Shown: positions 39,555 through 49,900 of the stretch, piece by piece
Layout of the letters: each line of letters opens with the position of its first letter
How positions within the stretch are numbered: position 1 is the first letter of the stretch
Origin: a virus
Length of the DNA stretch: 64,000 bases
IMG/VR virus record: IMGVR_UViG_3300030098_004409
Location: 32,001 to 96,000 of that record
Direction: 5' to 3' (one strand)
The notes under the pieces: model-generated
What the model was told of the DNA's origin: nothing
Databases searched by the model: none
Seen by the model: only the letters and a program-made list of their open reading frames with translations
Position numbers and translations under genes: made by a program

Positions 39555-42500
39555 TTAGAACCCCCTTTCCTCCGCACTAATATTATCACAGCTAACCCAA
39601 ACAGGTCTCCATTCATAATTGACGCGGACTAGCATTACATAAATATCGTATCCGTTTTCTTCTGCAGTTTCTACTGATGCGCTTAGCGAAGGGTCTCTGT
39701 TTGTAATAATAACTTCTTCCTCTAGATTTTTCCACTCATAAAGACCTCTTCCTAATTCAGCGTCTTGTGCAGCATCATTTCTATTGTTTATGAACGCAGT
39801 CTTGGTTTCTTGATCTCGCCACTTTTCTCCATTGTCTGCATTATTTTTCCTTCCGGGAACTGGCAAGTTATTAGCATCTCCAGCTTTTAGAGATTCGTCT
39901 GGATTATCATCTTGATCCACATCCACGTCTGGGTTCCAAACAGCAATAGCCTGCGCCTGAGCGACCAGATTATTTTCATCTGCAATTCTTTTGTTAACCA
40001 CTTGGTCGTTGCGAACGCGCCGTCTAATTACAGCTCTGCCCTCTGTGTTAGGTTTGTCTACAGATTCAGCGAAGCCAATGCTAGTTTTTAATACGCCCTC
40101 AACAAAAGACAATCCTCCAGCCCAAACCTGTCTTTCATCATCCCACATCAAGTCTACTGGCCCAGTTTTCCAAGAGCCTCTATGCTGCGCTGGATCTACT
40201 GGATCAAAGAAACCATCTAAATTTCCGGGGACTGGCATGCCAGCGAGGTCATAACCCCAACCAGACAAAAGAAGTGGCCCTCTTAACCCATAAGTTCTAA
40301 CGTCAGCTGTATTATCATTTAATAATGTGCCGCCTTCTGTGGAAAGGTCGAGATGGTTATCCTTGCTTCCATCTGTCAGCCAATCATAATTATTTCTATT
40401 AACAGCAACAAAGTCTACAAAGGTGGGCAGGAAATAGGGATCAAGTGAGTAGGCGGTAGGTCTTACATCAACATGAGTTCTTTCATGCTCGGAAGCGTTT
40501 CCAAAAAGCGTCGCCTTGCCGAATGTGTCGGAAGTACCTACAATATTAACATTTTCCTGAGCTTTCCTAACATAGGGCAATATTTCTCTTTTAGCCTCAA
40601 CCTCCGCTAGTTGATTATTAAAGTTTTTGATCGCCTCCTCTGCTCCAGCGATATCTGCTTCGTCTCCATTGTTAGCCCTAAGAGCTCTAAGTCTCCTTTC
40701 TTCAGGGAATAAGCCTCTCTTCACATCCACCGCCTCTAAGTCAATAGCATTATCTGCTAGATTCGGTCTGCGTCTAATTCCAATCGGAGTAAATATCTGC
40801 TCATCAGTACAACCAAAGGCAGTATCATAAGCCCTCTGTCCGGTCTCCATGGGAGCGCCATAAGCAAACTGTAAAGTTGTGGCATTGTTATTTGACATCA
40901 CAAACTGAGACTTGCCGAATTGGTTGCCGGCAGCACTAAGCTTCGGAACTTTCGGTATAATTGTTCCAGTCTTCCATATAGTATCGCCCTCATTCATTGT
41001 TGGTATCTGAGGCTCTCTAGCACCAAACATAGGAGCGTTTACCTGCGGCGAGGAACCCGTCAAGCTTTTAGCCGAACCTGCACCACCACCGCCGGTCTTT
41101 AAGCGTTTAATTTTCTCTTTATTTATACGCGCAATTCTATCCACATTATATTTGGCTATCTTGCCAAAATTTCTCGTCCATGTAGAGAATTGGTATCTTG
41201 TAGTTAAGCCGCCAGTCCCGACACTAACATCCATCGAAGTGACATATGGGCCATTGGTGTTAAACCTTTCCGCTATATTATATTGAGGAAACTCAGCAAG
41301 CTCCACACTGCCAGATTCAGTAGCATAAGGGTCTGCTAGCGCAACTTCCGTCAAAGCAAAAGCTGCTTTATCCAACATAGAAAAAGAACCAAACACCTCT
41401 GGTCTCAGCTGACTATTCTGCTCGACTTCAGCTTTACCTTTTTTGCTGCTGTACTTATACCAAGGTCCCCATGTGTATCGGGTGCTCTTTTGAGGTAAAG
41501 ATATTTTGAAGGGTCTAGATGCCTTTGGCATAAACTTGAGCCTGTTCATGAGGTTACTGGGGCCGCACGCACCGTGCATCCACAGCGTGTATGGGTCAAG
41601 CCCAGTGTCACTATCCGATGGCGTATGAAGCCAATTCCTGATCCAAGAAGGCCCCCTCGCACGACCTTGTTGCGTTGCAAAGAAATGGGCCATAGCACCC
41701 ATAGGCATACCCCTTAGTACTGCATATTTATCCCATTCGCTAACAAAAGGACAAGTGACATGAACCATAGCGCTAATGTCATCATAAGGATTATTGTTTT
41801 GTTGGTAGCCCGGATTGTTCCGCCAGTAGATTTTGTTTTCTACCTCTACATTTAAAGCTCCATTAATTGTGCTAATCCCGGCAACAGGAGCAGCTAAGTG
41901 ATAGGGCACTATTCTTTCTATGGAACTAAAGTCTTTTATGAATCCTCCTGCTGTTCCTGTGTCAATAGCTGGAAAGTATGCAGCAACAGCTTTCAGAAGT
42001 CCTTCATCAGTATAAGCGTCTGGATCAGATACTCTAAAGTCAGGGTCCCATCCAGCATCAGCCATTTCCCAAGATGACTCAGTATCATAGTCATTCAAAA
42101 ATCTAATGTTATTTTGAATTCCGCCCGGCTCAACTGGCAAAAGTACAAAGTAAGTCCTGCCATAATAGTTTGACGCTGTATTAAGAACATCATTAAATAG
42201 ACTATCACTGCCCGAGCTATCGCCATCACTGAAATACTTTAAAATGCCTCCCTGTCCTCTACCGCCTCCCACGCTACGGGCTGTAAAGTTAGTCACCGCA
42301 TCGTTGATATTGCGATGACGTGTCCCATTAAATCCTGCAGCCCAACCTTGACCATTGAAAACATTTTGAAATATTTCAGCATACTGCCAAGATTCTAAAT
42401 CGTAGCCTGACATAAATTCATTAGTAATGGTACTATAGCCAAAATACTGACCCATATAGTGATAAAGCACCCAAGTTTGGTATCCAGACAATGCGGCTCT

Positions 42501-43889
42501 CAGTTCCATAACTGTAGCGCTATGAATCCTACCAGACCCCCTCAATACAGGCACATAGTCACCATCTCCAAAACCATTACCAGTAAGCCAATTACCATTT
42601 TGGTCTTTTCCATAGACTGGTATCAAATGCTCAAGTCCAGCTTCCCAGACTCTAGTAGCATTATCTCCTAACATTAATTTTTGGGTAACAACATCAGCGT
42701 ACTCTTGTCCATTGTCACGAGAAATAAGAGTATTTCCTTTGGCTGCGTTATCTACAAGCTCTTGAACTACGCCGGGCTGAGGCTGCGCTCTTTTGTCTAA
42801 ATACTTAAAACTAATTACTGGGCCTATGACATTATCGTCTGCGTCATACTGTGTAGGAACCGCTCCATTCTTCATAACATTCGCATACTGCGGATTGGCT
42901 ACGATTCCGGGTCCATACCCAGTTAAAACCTGAGTCAGTACTGGATCAATTATGCAAACATAATCGTGAACAATAATCTCCATGCACTGGTTGACTAAAT
43001 CATTTATATTTAATATTGGGCCTTTAATTCTAAAATCAGTCGGAAGTTTAGAGGCTAAATCTTTGAAATCTATCAGCATCTGAGTATCGCCAAAAGTGAT
43101 TGGACTACCGATCAATTCCTCGTCATCACTATTCGTAAGCGTATCTACAGAAGGCCCATTAGGGTTGTCATAAGTATATTCACCAGCGGTTATTTCCTCT
43201 ATCATATCTAAGAGTTTAGAGACGAGAAAACCCTGCTTGTTAGTGTCTGATTTGCCAAAATGTCCGCCAAAAGAATAGTTTTCTAGGACACCAAAAGGAT
43301 TGAGAACATTATTGATTTGACTAGTAAACTTAGTGTTAAGGTGAGGTCTAAACCAATAGTTTTCATTGAAAACCGTTCCTTCAAATTCGCCAACAATAAC
43401 CTGAACCCCTTCAAGTAATTTGGATGGCGATTCAAAGGTTACGTCATATTTTCTTCCACTAAGGGTTTCTGAATACTGCCACCTTTGGAATATACCCACA
43501 AATTCAAAGCCCTGAAAACTAAACTGACACACTGTTCCAACCGGCGGAAAACCAGCAGCAGTATCATAAATTATATTGCCTGAACTATCTCTAACGGGCT
43601 TATCTTCGTCATCTAGCCTTATAACCTGATGCTCAATGACAACAGGATCTTCAGTCATAACAGGAGTGTCAGTGACGGTAGTCGTTGTATTTCCGTTTGA
43701 GTCAAGATATAAAGGCAAGCCAGTAACGGGATCAACCGCCTGTGTTGCGTTTTGGGGGTCTTCAACTAGCGTCATCTGCATAGTGCTAGATTCAGCTCCA
43801 TATCCTACATTTGAGGTGAAGCTTTCTACATAAGCTCCAAACATGTATATGGGCTCTGTAATTTGTGTTACAGGTGTTCCAATAGTCAT
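39555..43889 (-). CDS. Putative baseplate hub/tail-tip protein (1444 aa)
   Basis: Beta-rich N-terminus (FTSNVGYG..STMQMTLVED), ESGSVEL...VTSMDVSVG.GGLTT strand pattern; downstream of the TMP and Dit-like genes. Confidence 0.5.
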   Translation of the reverse strand: MTIGTPVTQITEPIYMFGAYVESFTSNVGYGAESSTMQMTLVEDPQNATQAVDPVTGLPLYLDSNGNTTTTVTDTPVMTEDPVVIEHQVIRLDDEDKPVRDSSGNIIYDTAAGFPPVGTVCQFSFQGFEFVGIFQRWQYSETLSGRKYDVTFESPSKLLEGVQVIVGEFEGTVFNENYWFRPHLNTKFTSQINNVLNPFGVLENYSFGGHFGKSDTNKQGFLVSKLLDMIEEITAGEYTYDNPNGPSVDTLTNSDDEELIGSPITFGDTQMLIDFKDLASKLPTDFRIKGPILNINDLVNQCMEIIVHDYVCIIDPVLTQVLTGYGPGIVANPQYANVMKNGAVPTQYDADDNVIGPVISFKYLDKRAQPQPGVVQELVDNAAKGNTLISRDNGQEYADVVTQKLMLGDNATRVWEAGLEHLIPVYGKDQNGNWLTGNGFGDGDYVPVLRGSGRIHSATVMELRAALSGYQTWVLYHYMGQYFGYSTITNEFMSGYDLESWQYAEIFQNVFNGQGWAAGFNGTRHRNINDAVTNFTARSVGGGRGQGGILKYFSDGDSSGSDSLFNDVLNTASNYYGRTYFVLLPVEPGGIQNNIRFLNDYDTESSWEMADAGWDPDFRVSDPDAYTDEGLLKAVAAYFPAIDTGTAGGFIKDFSSIERIVPYHLAAPVAGISTINGALNVEVENKIYWRNNPGYQQNNNPYDDISAMVHVTCPFVSEWDKYAVLRGMPMGAMAHFFATQQGRARGPSWIRNWLHTPSDSDTGLDPYTLWMHGACGPSNLMNRLKFMPKASRPFKISLPQKSTRYTWGPWYKYSSKKGKAEVEQNSQLRPEVFGSFSMLDKAAFALTEVALADPYATESGSVELAEFPQYNIAERFNTNGPYVTSMDVSVGTGGLTTRYQFSTWTRNFGKIAKYNVDRIARINKEKIKRLKTGGGGAGSAKSLTGSSPQVNAPMFGAREPQIPTMNEGDTIWKTGTIIPKVPKLSAAGNQFGKSQFVMSNNNATTLQFAYGAPMETGQRAYDTAFGCTDEQIFTPIGIRRRPNLADNAIDLEAVDVKRGLFPEERRLRALRANNGDEADIAGAEEAIKNFNNQLAEVEAKREILPYVRKAQENVNIVGTSDTFGKATLFGNASEHERTHVDVRPTAYSLDPYFLPTFVDFVAVNRNNYDWLTDGSKDNHLDLSTEGGTLLNDNTADVRTYGLRGPLLLSGWGYDLAGMPVPGNLDGFFDPVDPAQHRGSWKTGPVDLMWDDERQVWAGGLSFVEGVLKTSIGFAESVDKPNTEGRAVIRRRVRNDQVVNKRIADENNLVAQAQAIAVWNPDVDVDQDDNPDESLKAGDANNLPVPGRKNNADNGEKWRDQETKTAFINNRNDAAQDAELGRGLYEWKNLEEEVIITNRDPSLSASVETAEENGYDIYVMLVRVNYEWRPVWVSCDNISAEERGF

Positions 43890-43897
43890 TTGTTCTC

Positions 43898-44389
43898 CTA
43901 GCTATCTATTCCGGGACTAGACAATAGCGAGCTCTTTCTATGCGCGTTAGGTCTTCCAGACGATCTCCAATCATCTATCGTTTTCTGTCGGTCGGCAAAA
44001 CCTTTGCTCGGAGAGAAAAAACCATGCTCGTAAGTTCTAGTGTTTGTATCTAAATTAAAATATGATTCCCAGTATTCTACTTCTGAAGACTCCTTTGATT
44101 CCTCATTAGGTGTTAAATGTCCTCCACCTAAACTTTTTTCCCACACAAAGCCTTCGTGTATAACTATCTGTCCTAGATGATTAATGGCAGAAATGCCAGA
44201 GTTTTTACCTGCTCTTATCTGCTCAAATGTATACTGTTTTGATCTTGCGCCCTCTTTAAGATGGACACTGCCCTTCATGAATTTAACTTTGCCTCCTTTA
44301 CGAACTTCTGATATAGGGTCATAAATTCCCAATTCTGTTATGTCATAAAGCGGTGAAGGTTTTGATTCTGTTGATATTTTTTTTGGCAT
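43898..44389 (-). CDS. Hypothetical protein (163 aa)
   Basis: Fills the gap between flanking tail genes on the same strand. Confidence 0.55.
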   Translation of the reverse strand: MPKKISTESKPSPLYDITELGIYDPISEVRKGGKVKFMKGSVHLKEGARSKQYTFEQIRAGKNSGISAINHLGQIVIHEGFVWEKSLGGGHLTPNEESKESSEVEYWESYFNLDTNTRTYEHGFFSPSKGFADRQKTIDDWRSSGRPNAHRKSSLLSSPGIDS

Positions 44390-44390
44390 A

Positions 44391-45959
44391 TTAATAAACC
44401 CATTCTATATTCAATGTGTAAGCTCCTGTAGCTGCGGTCCATTGCTCAGACTTTGATTGTTGATATCCGCCTGTAGGCTTATATCTGTTCGCTGCTGTTA
44501 GTGCTAATGTAGACGGTTTCTTTTCTCTGTTACACTTGTCCATAGTCCAGTCTACGCTAATACTACGTTTTCTCTCATTTGTAGTTCCCATGTCCTGAAA
44601 TATAGGACCGCCAGCCCTACCTATTATACTTATTATAGCCACAGTTTGATTAGAATGGTCTTCATTATTGTCTGTTACAGTTATTTTTTCTGTAATAACT
44701 CCATTATCTTCATCAGCAGCTTCTTCAGATTGATCGTCCTTATCTGCAAAGGTGACAGAATAAGAAACTGAGCCAGTAACAAGATTCTTTGAAACTGTTC
44801 TGCTGTTTTCGGTGATTCTAAGAGTTTTAGGGCTTTCGTCTTCGTCTGGCGCGCACGCAGTTCCTTCTCCCGGAGCTGTGCTTTCTCCATCTGGGCCTCC
44901 ATCTTGACCTGCAGTCTTAACTGTCTCGTAATGAGCGAGCGCCAAGGTATAAGCCTCGTTAAGGGCAGCACTCAGCATGCCTAGAGCATTGTCAACAGCA
45001 TTTACAGTTAAACTCCCTATAGCATTGCTATCATATCCCTGTATGCTTCCAGAGACCGTTACGCTCGCTAAGCCTTCAGCGCCTATGTCTTCGCTTATTT
45101 CTAAGTCATGACTAGCTGCCCACTCTGATGCAGTCCAAGTTGTTGTATAGGTATATGAACCATCATTAGGCTCTGCACTCCCTGTTCTCTTTTTATTGAA
45201 AAACTGAAGAGTGCCAACATTAATACCTACAGCGCCATCAAGGGTTGTGCCAGCAGTAGAAAAAGCATCCCATTCATCTGACTTGTCTGCTATGTCAATA
45301 TCAATATTTCTAGCTGGGCTCTCACTTAATCTAGCATCACACCATTCTTTGGCAAACGTGTGTCCGGATTTTTGCCAGCCATTTTCATTATACTGATTTA
45401 CTGCTTTTGCTGACAGGGTTTGAGTAATCGTCCAGACTTTATAAACACTGTTGTCTGAACCTACTCCCGGCAATCTGCTATATTCTCCAGACTCTTCAAT
45501 ACTCCAAGACTCGCTGCCGGACTCAATATACCTAGCACTTCCCTTTTTGCCCCCATAACGTCCGGTAAACTCAGCAGAATAAGTTCCAGTGTTAATCCCC
45601 TGATCATCGGTCTCCCCTGCGGTCAACCCTGTTAATTCGGCATAGCCAGTAAACGCCTGAGTCCCATTTGGTGAAGTTATAAGTAGAGTACCATGAAAGT
45701 CTTCCATGTCTGCCACTGGCTGCCATCGAGTTTTCTGTTTCCCTATCAGGTTTGCTAATCTTGCGCCATCAGTAGTAATGTCGCCTTCTGCGACAAATAA
45801 ACCATCAACACTAATATTATATATTACATCTAGAACGGTGCCATCTCCAGCCTTTACGACTTCTCCAACACTAATACTATAATTAAGGAACGGGTCATTC
45901 GTTCCACTCATTAGAGTTATAGTGCCATCTTTTGTTGTAAATGATGCTGAACCAGCCAT
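44391..45959 (-). CDS. Putative distal-tail/baseplate structural protein (522 aa)
   Basis: AGGAG RBS; repeated beta-strand units ending GSYTYT / GSVSYS / GAYTL; tail context. Confidence 0.5.
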   Translation of the reverse strand: MAGSASFTTKDGTITLMSGTNDPFLNYSISVGEVVKAGDGTVLDVIYNISVDGLFVAEGDITTDGARLANLIGKQKTRWQPVADMEDFHGTLLITSPNGTQAFTGYAELTGLTAGETDDQGINTGTYSAEFTGRYGGKKGSARYIESGSESWSIEESGEYSRLPGVGSDNSVYKVWTITQTLSAKAVNQYNENGWQKSGHTFAKEWCDARLSESPARNIDIDIADKSDEWDAFSTAGTTLDGAVGINVGTLQFFNKKRTGSAEPNDGSYTYTTTWTASEWAASHDLEISEDIGAEGLASVTVSGSIQGYDSNAIGSLTVNAVDNALGMLSAALNEAYTLALAHYETVKTAGQDGGPDGESTAPGEGTACAPDEDESPKTLRITENSRTVSKNLVTGSVSYSVTFADKDDQSEEAADEDNGVITEKITVTDNNEDHSNQTVAIISIIGRAGGPIFQDMGTTNERKRSISVDWTMDKCNREKKPSTLALTAANRYKPTGGYQQSKSEQWTAATGAYTLNIEWVY

Positions 45960-45971
45960 TGTATACTCCTA

Positions 45972-46930
45972 TTAATATCCAAAAGTAATCATATTTAAGT
46001 TACCACTTCCATCGCCTATTCCAGATGGTATCACTAGTGTGGCGGTTTGTGACGCGATAGCTGCCCCAGATATATACACATTTGCGTTGCCCGAGTCCAT
46101 GATATTCTTTATATACAGAGATGTGTCTGACTCAAGCTCAAAACCTCCCCCAACACCTCTTCTGTATACTAACAGATCTAAATTGCCAGACCCTAGAGAG
46201 TGTGACATGAGCGATAAACTCATATCTGAGGACTCTATACCCCACCCCTTGTTGACATTTCTATCTTGCTCAGCTTGAGTGTTTTTCATAAACAGCGGCA
46301 ATCCTGCCTCTGATGGCCCAGAAGCGGGATCAACCTGAAGACGCATAAATGTCGTCCCGCTAGCTTCTAACTTCTCTGGTCCTTCAAGTCTTAAAGGCGA
46401 TACTCCTGAACTTGGACCAAAGTCGCCAGCTCCCATGTATAGCGAAACTCCCGTAACTGGATTTGCATTTACGTTTCCTGTCATTAAGAAATCTTGAGTT
46501 CCTGAAGCGTTGAACACATCTCGCTGACCAACCCTTAAACCAAAGGCTCCAGTTGTAACCATGCCTTCGACTGCGCCGCCAAGCGCATGGAGTGAGCTTT
46601 CCAGAGTAGAAGATCTATGGGCCGATATTGACAGGCTAGCATCAGTAGATATGCCGCTAGGTCCGAATGTTGTTAATGGAGAGATACCAGACGTTGGCTT
46701 CATGTCCGCATCCAAGAACAATGTAGGAGCTCCGAATATTGGCCCTCTCATATGAAGGGTAGGTGCTCCCGAAGCCGGCTCAGGAGTTTTCATGTATAGG
46801 CTCGTTATGTTTCCTGTTCCATAGGCGGCAAAGGTTATCCCTAAATCGCCCGAGGCAGCCCCAATAGGTTCGGTCACCAATGTAGTGGTCGCAGTGGAGT
46901 TTAGAGGGCCAGCAATGAATAGCGTGCCAT
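45972..46930 (-). repeat. C-terminal protein-level tract of roughly 14-aa repeats (x-S-G-x-x-x-L-x-hydrophobic-x-G)
   Basis: AASGDLGI, PASGAPTL, PTSGISPL, NASGTQDF, PSSGVSPL, EASGTTFM, PASGP, GSGNLDL, DSGNANV, GSGNLNM. Confidence 0.65.
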
Positions 46931-49900
46931 TTATGTCTTTTAATTTGAACAAACTTATCTTCTGAACTTCTAGAGTCTTACCAGCGCCATAACTAACAAC
47001 AAAGTCTCGGACAGCTAGTAAAGCTTCTGTACCTTTCATGTCAATAGATCTAGCAAGAACAACATCATGTGCAACAGAACTGATAGCTTCCTCTTGAGAT
47101 ATATAGCCCTGTATCTCAGAAGTTAATTCTGATGAATTAAACGAAATACTCTCATTGTATACTGCGTCATTAATTGATGAACTGCCGTTTGTAATCAGGC
47201 TTCTAGAAGATGAATTGACAAATGTTCCATATCTGCTGTCTGAGTTAGTATAAGAGTTTAGTAGTGATGGAACCCCAGCATCATTGACACTAAACTGATA
47301 TACTGTATTAGATATAGGTTCACTAATGGCAAGAAGCGATGATCCCTGATTATAATCAATGTCATATCCAAATAACTTAGCATCATATGCACAGCTGTCC
47401 AGTCCGCCTATCGTAGAAGTTGTGTATCCTCCACTATAAACACTGTCAACATAAGACCAACCACTATCGTCTTTAAATATATGAACTGCTCCATCTGGAG
47501 AAGCTGCATTGATGCCAGACAAATTGTTGTTTGCTATGTATGGGTCTAACAGGGGCGATGCAACGAAGGCTAAATCCCCTACTATTTTTATCTTTGCTCC
47601 AAATGCCAGTTTTGTGCCTTCTGGTATATTATTTATATTAGAAACATAACCATTCATGTCAGATATACTGAATACAGAAATAGTCCTCTCTTCACTAGCG
47701 TAGTTATCGGATTCATATCTGGTGTACACTGATGCGAATTGAGCACTTTGCTTATCATAGTAAAGGTCTTCACCTTTCCACTCAATCGACGTTCCCATGA
47801 ATTTATTTATTATTATATTGTTATTGTCTGAATTTTGCCAGCTATTAGACGTAAACGCGGCGACTATGCCCCATCTCTCTTCTGTAACTATCTCTGAAGA
47901 AAATCTAGGTGGCTTAACTAGGGTGCATTCTTTTATCTCGTTTATCCTAGTCTTTACCTCTTCAATAGATGTGTCCTCTAAGATAAATATCATATCTGAT
48001 ATAGAGGCGTCAACCGATACTCTGGCAGATACAGCAATCTTATTCTTATCTGAGACTTTGACATCTTTGAAGTATAAACTAACAGATTGATTTTCTGTTA
48101 TTATACCTAGAGATCTTAGGTCTTTATTAAAGTGTGTATATGTTTGATGGAGTTCAACGGACTCTGAATCTAGTATATTAAATATGTCTAGTTTTGGCTG
48201 GCTAACTAAAACATTAGCATTTGCCCCAATAGCTAATAAGCTACCATTTGAATCTATAGATTCTCTAGATAATTCATTTTCATAGAAGTCAAAGCTGCCT
48301 ACTCCCGTGTACTCAGAAAGTCTGGCTCCGACGTTTGATATTCTTTTTATACCGTAATCATTAGTATTCCCTGCATCAAGAGCATTTCTGGAAATTGAGT
48401 TTGATTCAGTATAAGAAACCAAGCTTTCTGCTCTTGGGCTCTTGTCGAATAGTTTATCTGCGTATCTTATTTGTTTTTGATGTTCGTAGTTGTTGTCTAA
48501 GCTATTGGCAGAAGGTATTGCTGCTCCAGAGATATAGAGAGGCGGTATTTGTATCTCGTCACCCTCTTCTAGAACAGGTGGAGATTGGGGATCTTCAAAA
48601 GGAAGTCTGTGAGGCTGCATTAAGAATAACGTGGTTGATCCTTCGCTAGACTGTTCTCCAATATATAAGTTTGCGGTTGTTGAGGATAAATCATATCCTT
48701 TGTTGTATAAATCTAATCCACTATTAGTCGGGGCTGTATTTATATTTAATCCCAATATGCCTGAAGCTGGATCTGGAGAGCCTATAAATAAAGTTTCTTC
48801 GGCAGTGGTTGTAATTCTTCCCATTTGGATTGTCATATCTGAATTATCAACATGAGTCGAATTCATATACAGATTACCCTGCATACATGGGATAGAGTTA
48901 TATGCCCCATGAACACCAGATACTGCTATGTTCATGTTTCCGCTAGATGGAGCAGATTGACCAATGCCAAGATTCATGACACCACTTACTGCAGCTGCCC
49001 CAGTGAATAAAGAAGTAGTATTACTAACGCCAGAACCTCCAGCAAACACAAGATCTGCGGTAGACGAAACAAAATCACCCAATGGGGTTGGCATAAATAG
49101 GCTAGTAGTACTACACTTGAAATCAAATGGTGATGGCAAAACAACACCCAAAAACTGTTTAGACTCAAGTGGGCCAATATACAAAGACGTATCACCTCTA
49201 GCTGGCGCTACACCGCTAATATGCATAGGCATTAACCCCGAAGCCGGAGCAGAACCAATTACATTACTTGTTAACTTTCCGGAGCTTTGTGGTAATGACA
49301 ATATTGACAAGCTCAAAAACTCTGGATTTTGCATGTCATTCGCAATAAAGTCCGATACCGTTCTTGTCGCTGATCCATTGCCAGCTTTCAAAATTTGAAT
49401 TGAACTGCTATGAGTCCCCGCATAAATTTCACCTGCATCGTCATAGAAAGCTGGAGTATTCGACCGCCCTAACCTTATAATCGAGTCTGTCTCGTCTGTA
49501 TGGCTATCGTCTATTACTTTGCAGTCAAACTTCCTGACTTTAGCAATTTCAATGTCTCTGTAAGACACTTCAACAGATAAAACTTTTGCCTTGTTTATGA
49601 AACTATGGTCATTAATCTCAGGGGTATAAGCTTTGCTATATGGGATATAATTTAATGATTTTCTATCGTCTTCGGTTATATACTCACCATCTTCTTTCCA
49701 AGGGGTCCTCCAAAGATTATGGCTGACAAGACCTAATATTAAAGTAGATTCTGGTGTGACGGTTGAGTCAAAAGCTGGCTGGTTTTTATCGTCAAACGCA
49801 AATACATAACTTCCAACCTTAGAACCTTTTCCATCTGAGTTTCTTATTGTTCTGTTGGACGAAGAGTCTTTTATAAATGTGGAATCGTTTATAAACTCAA

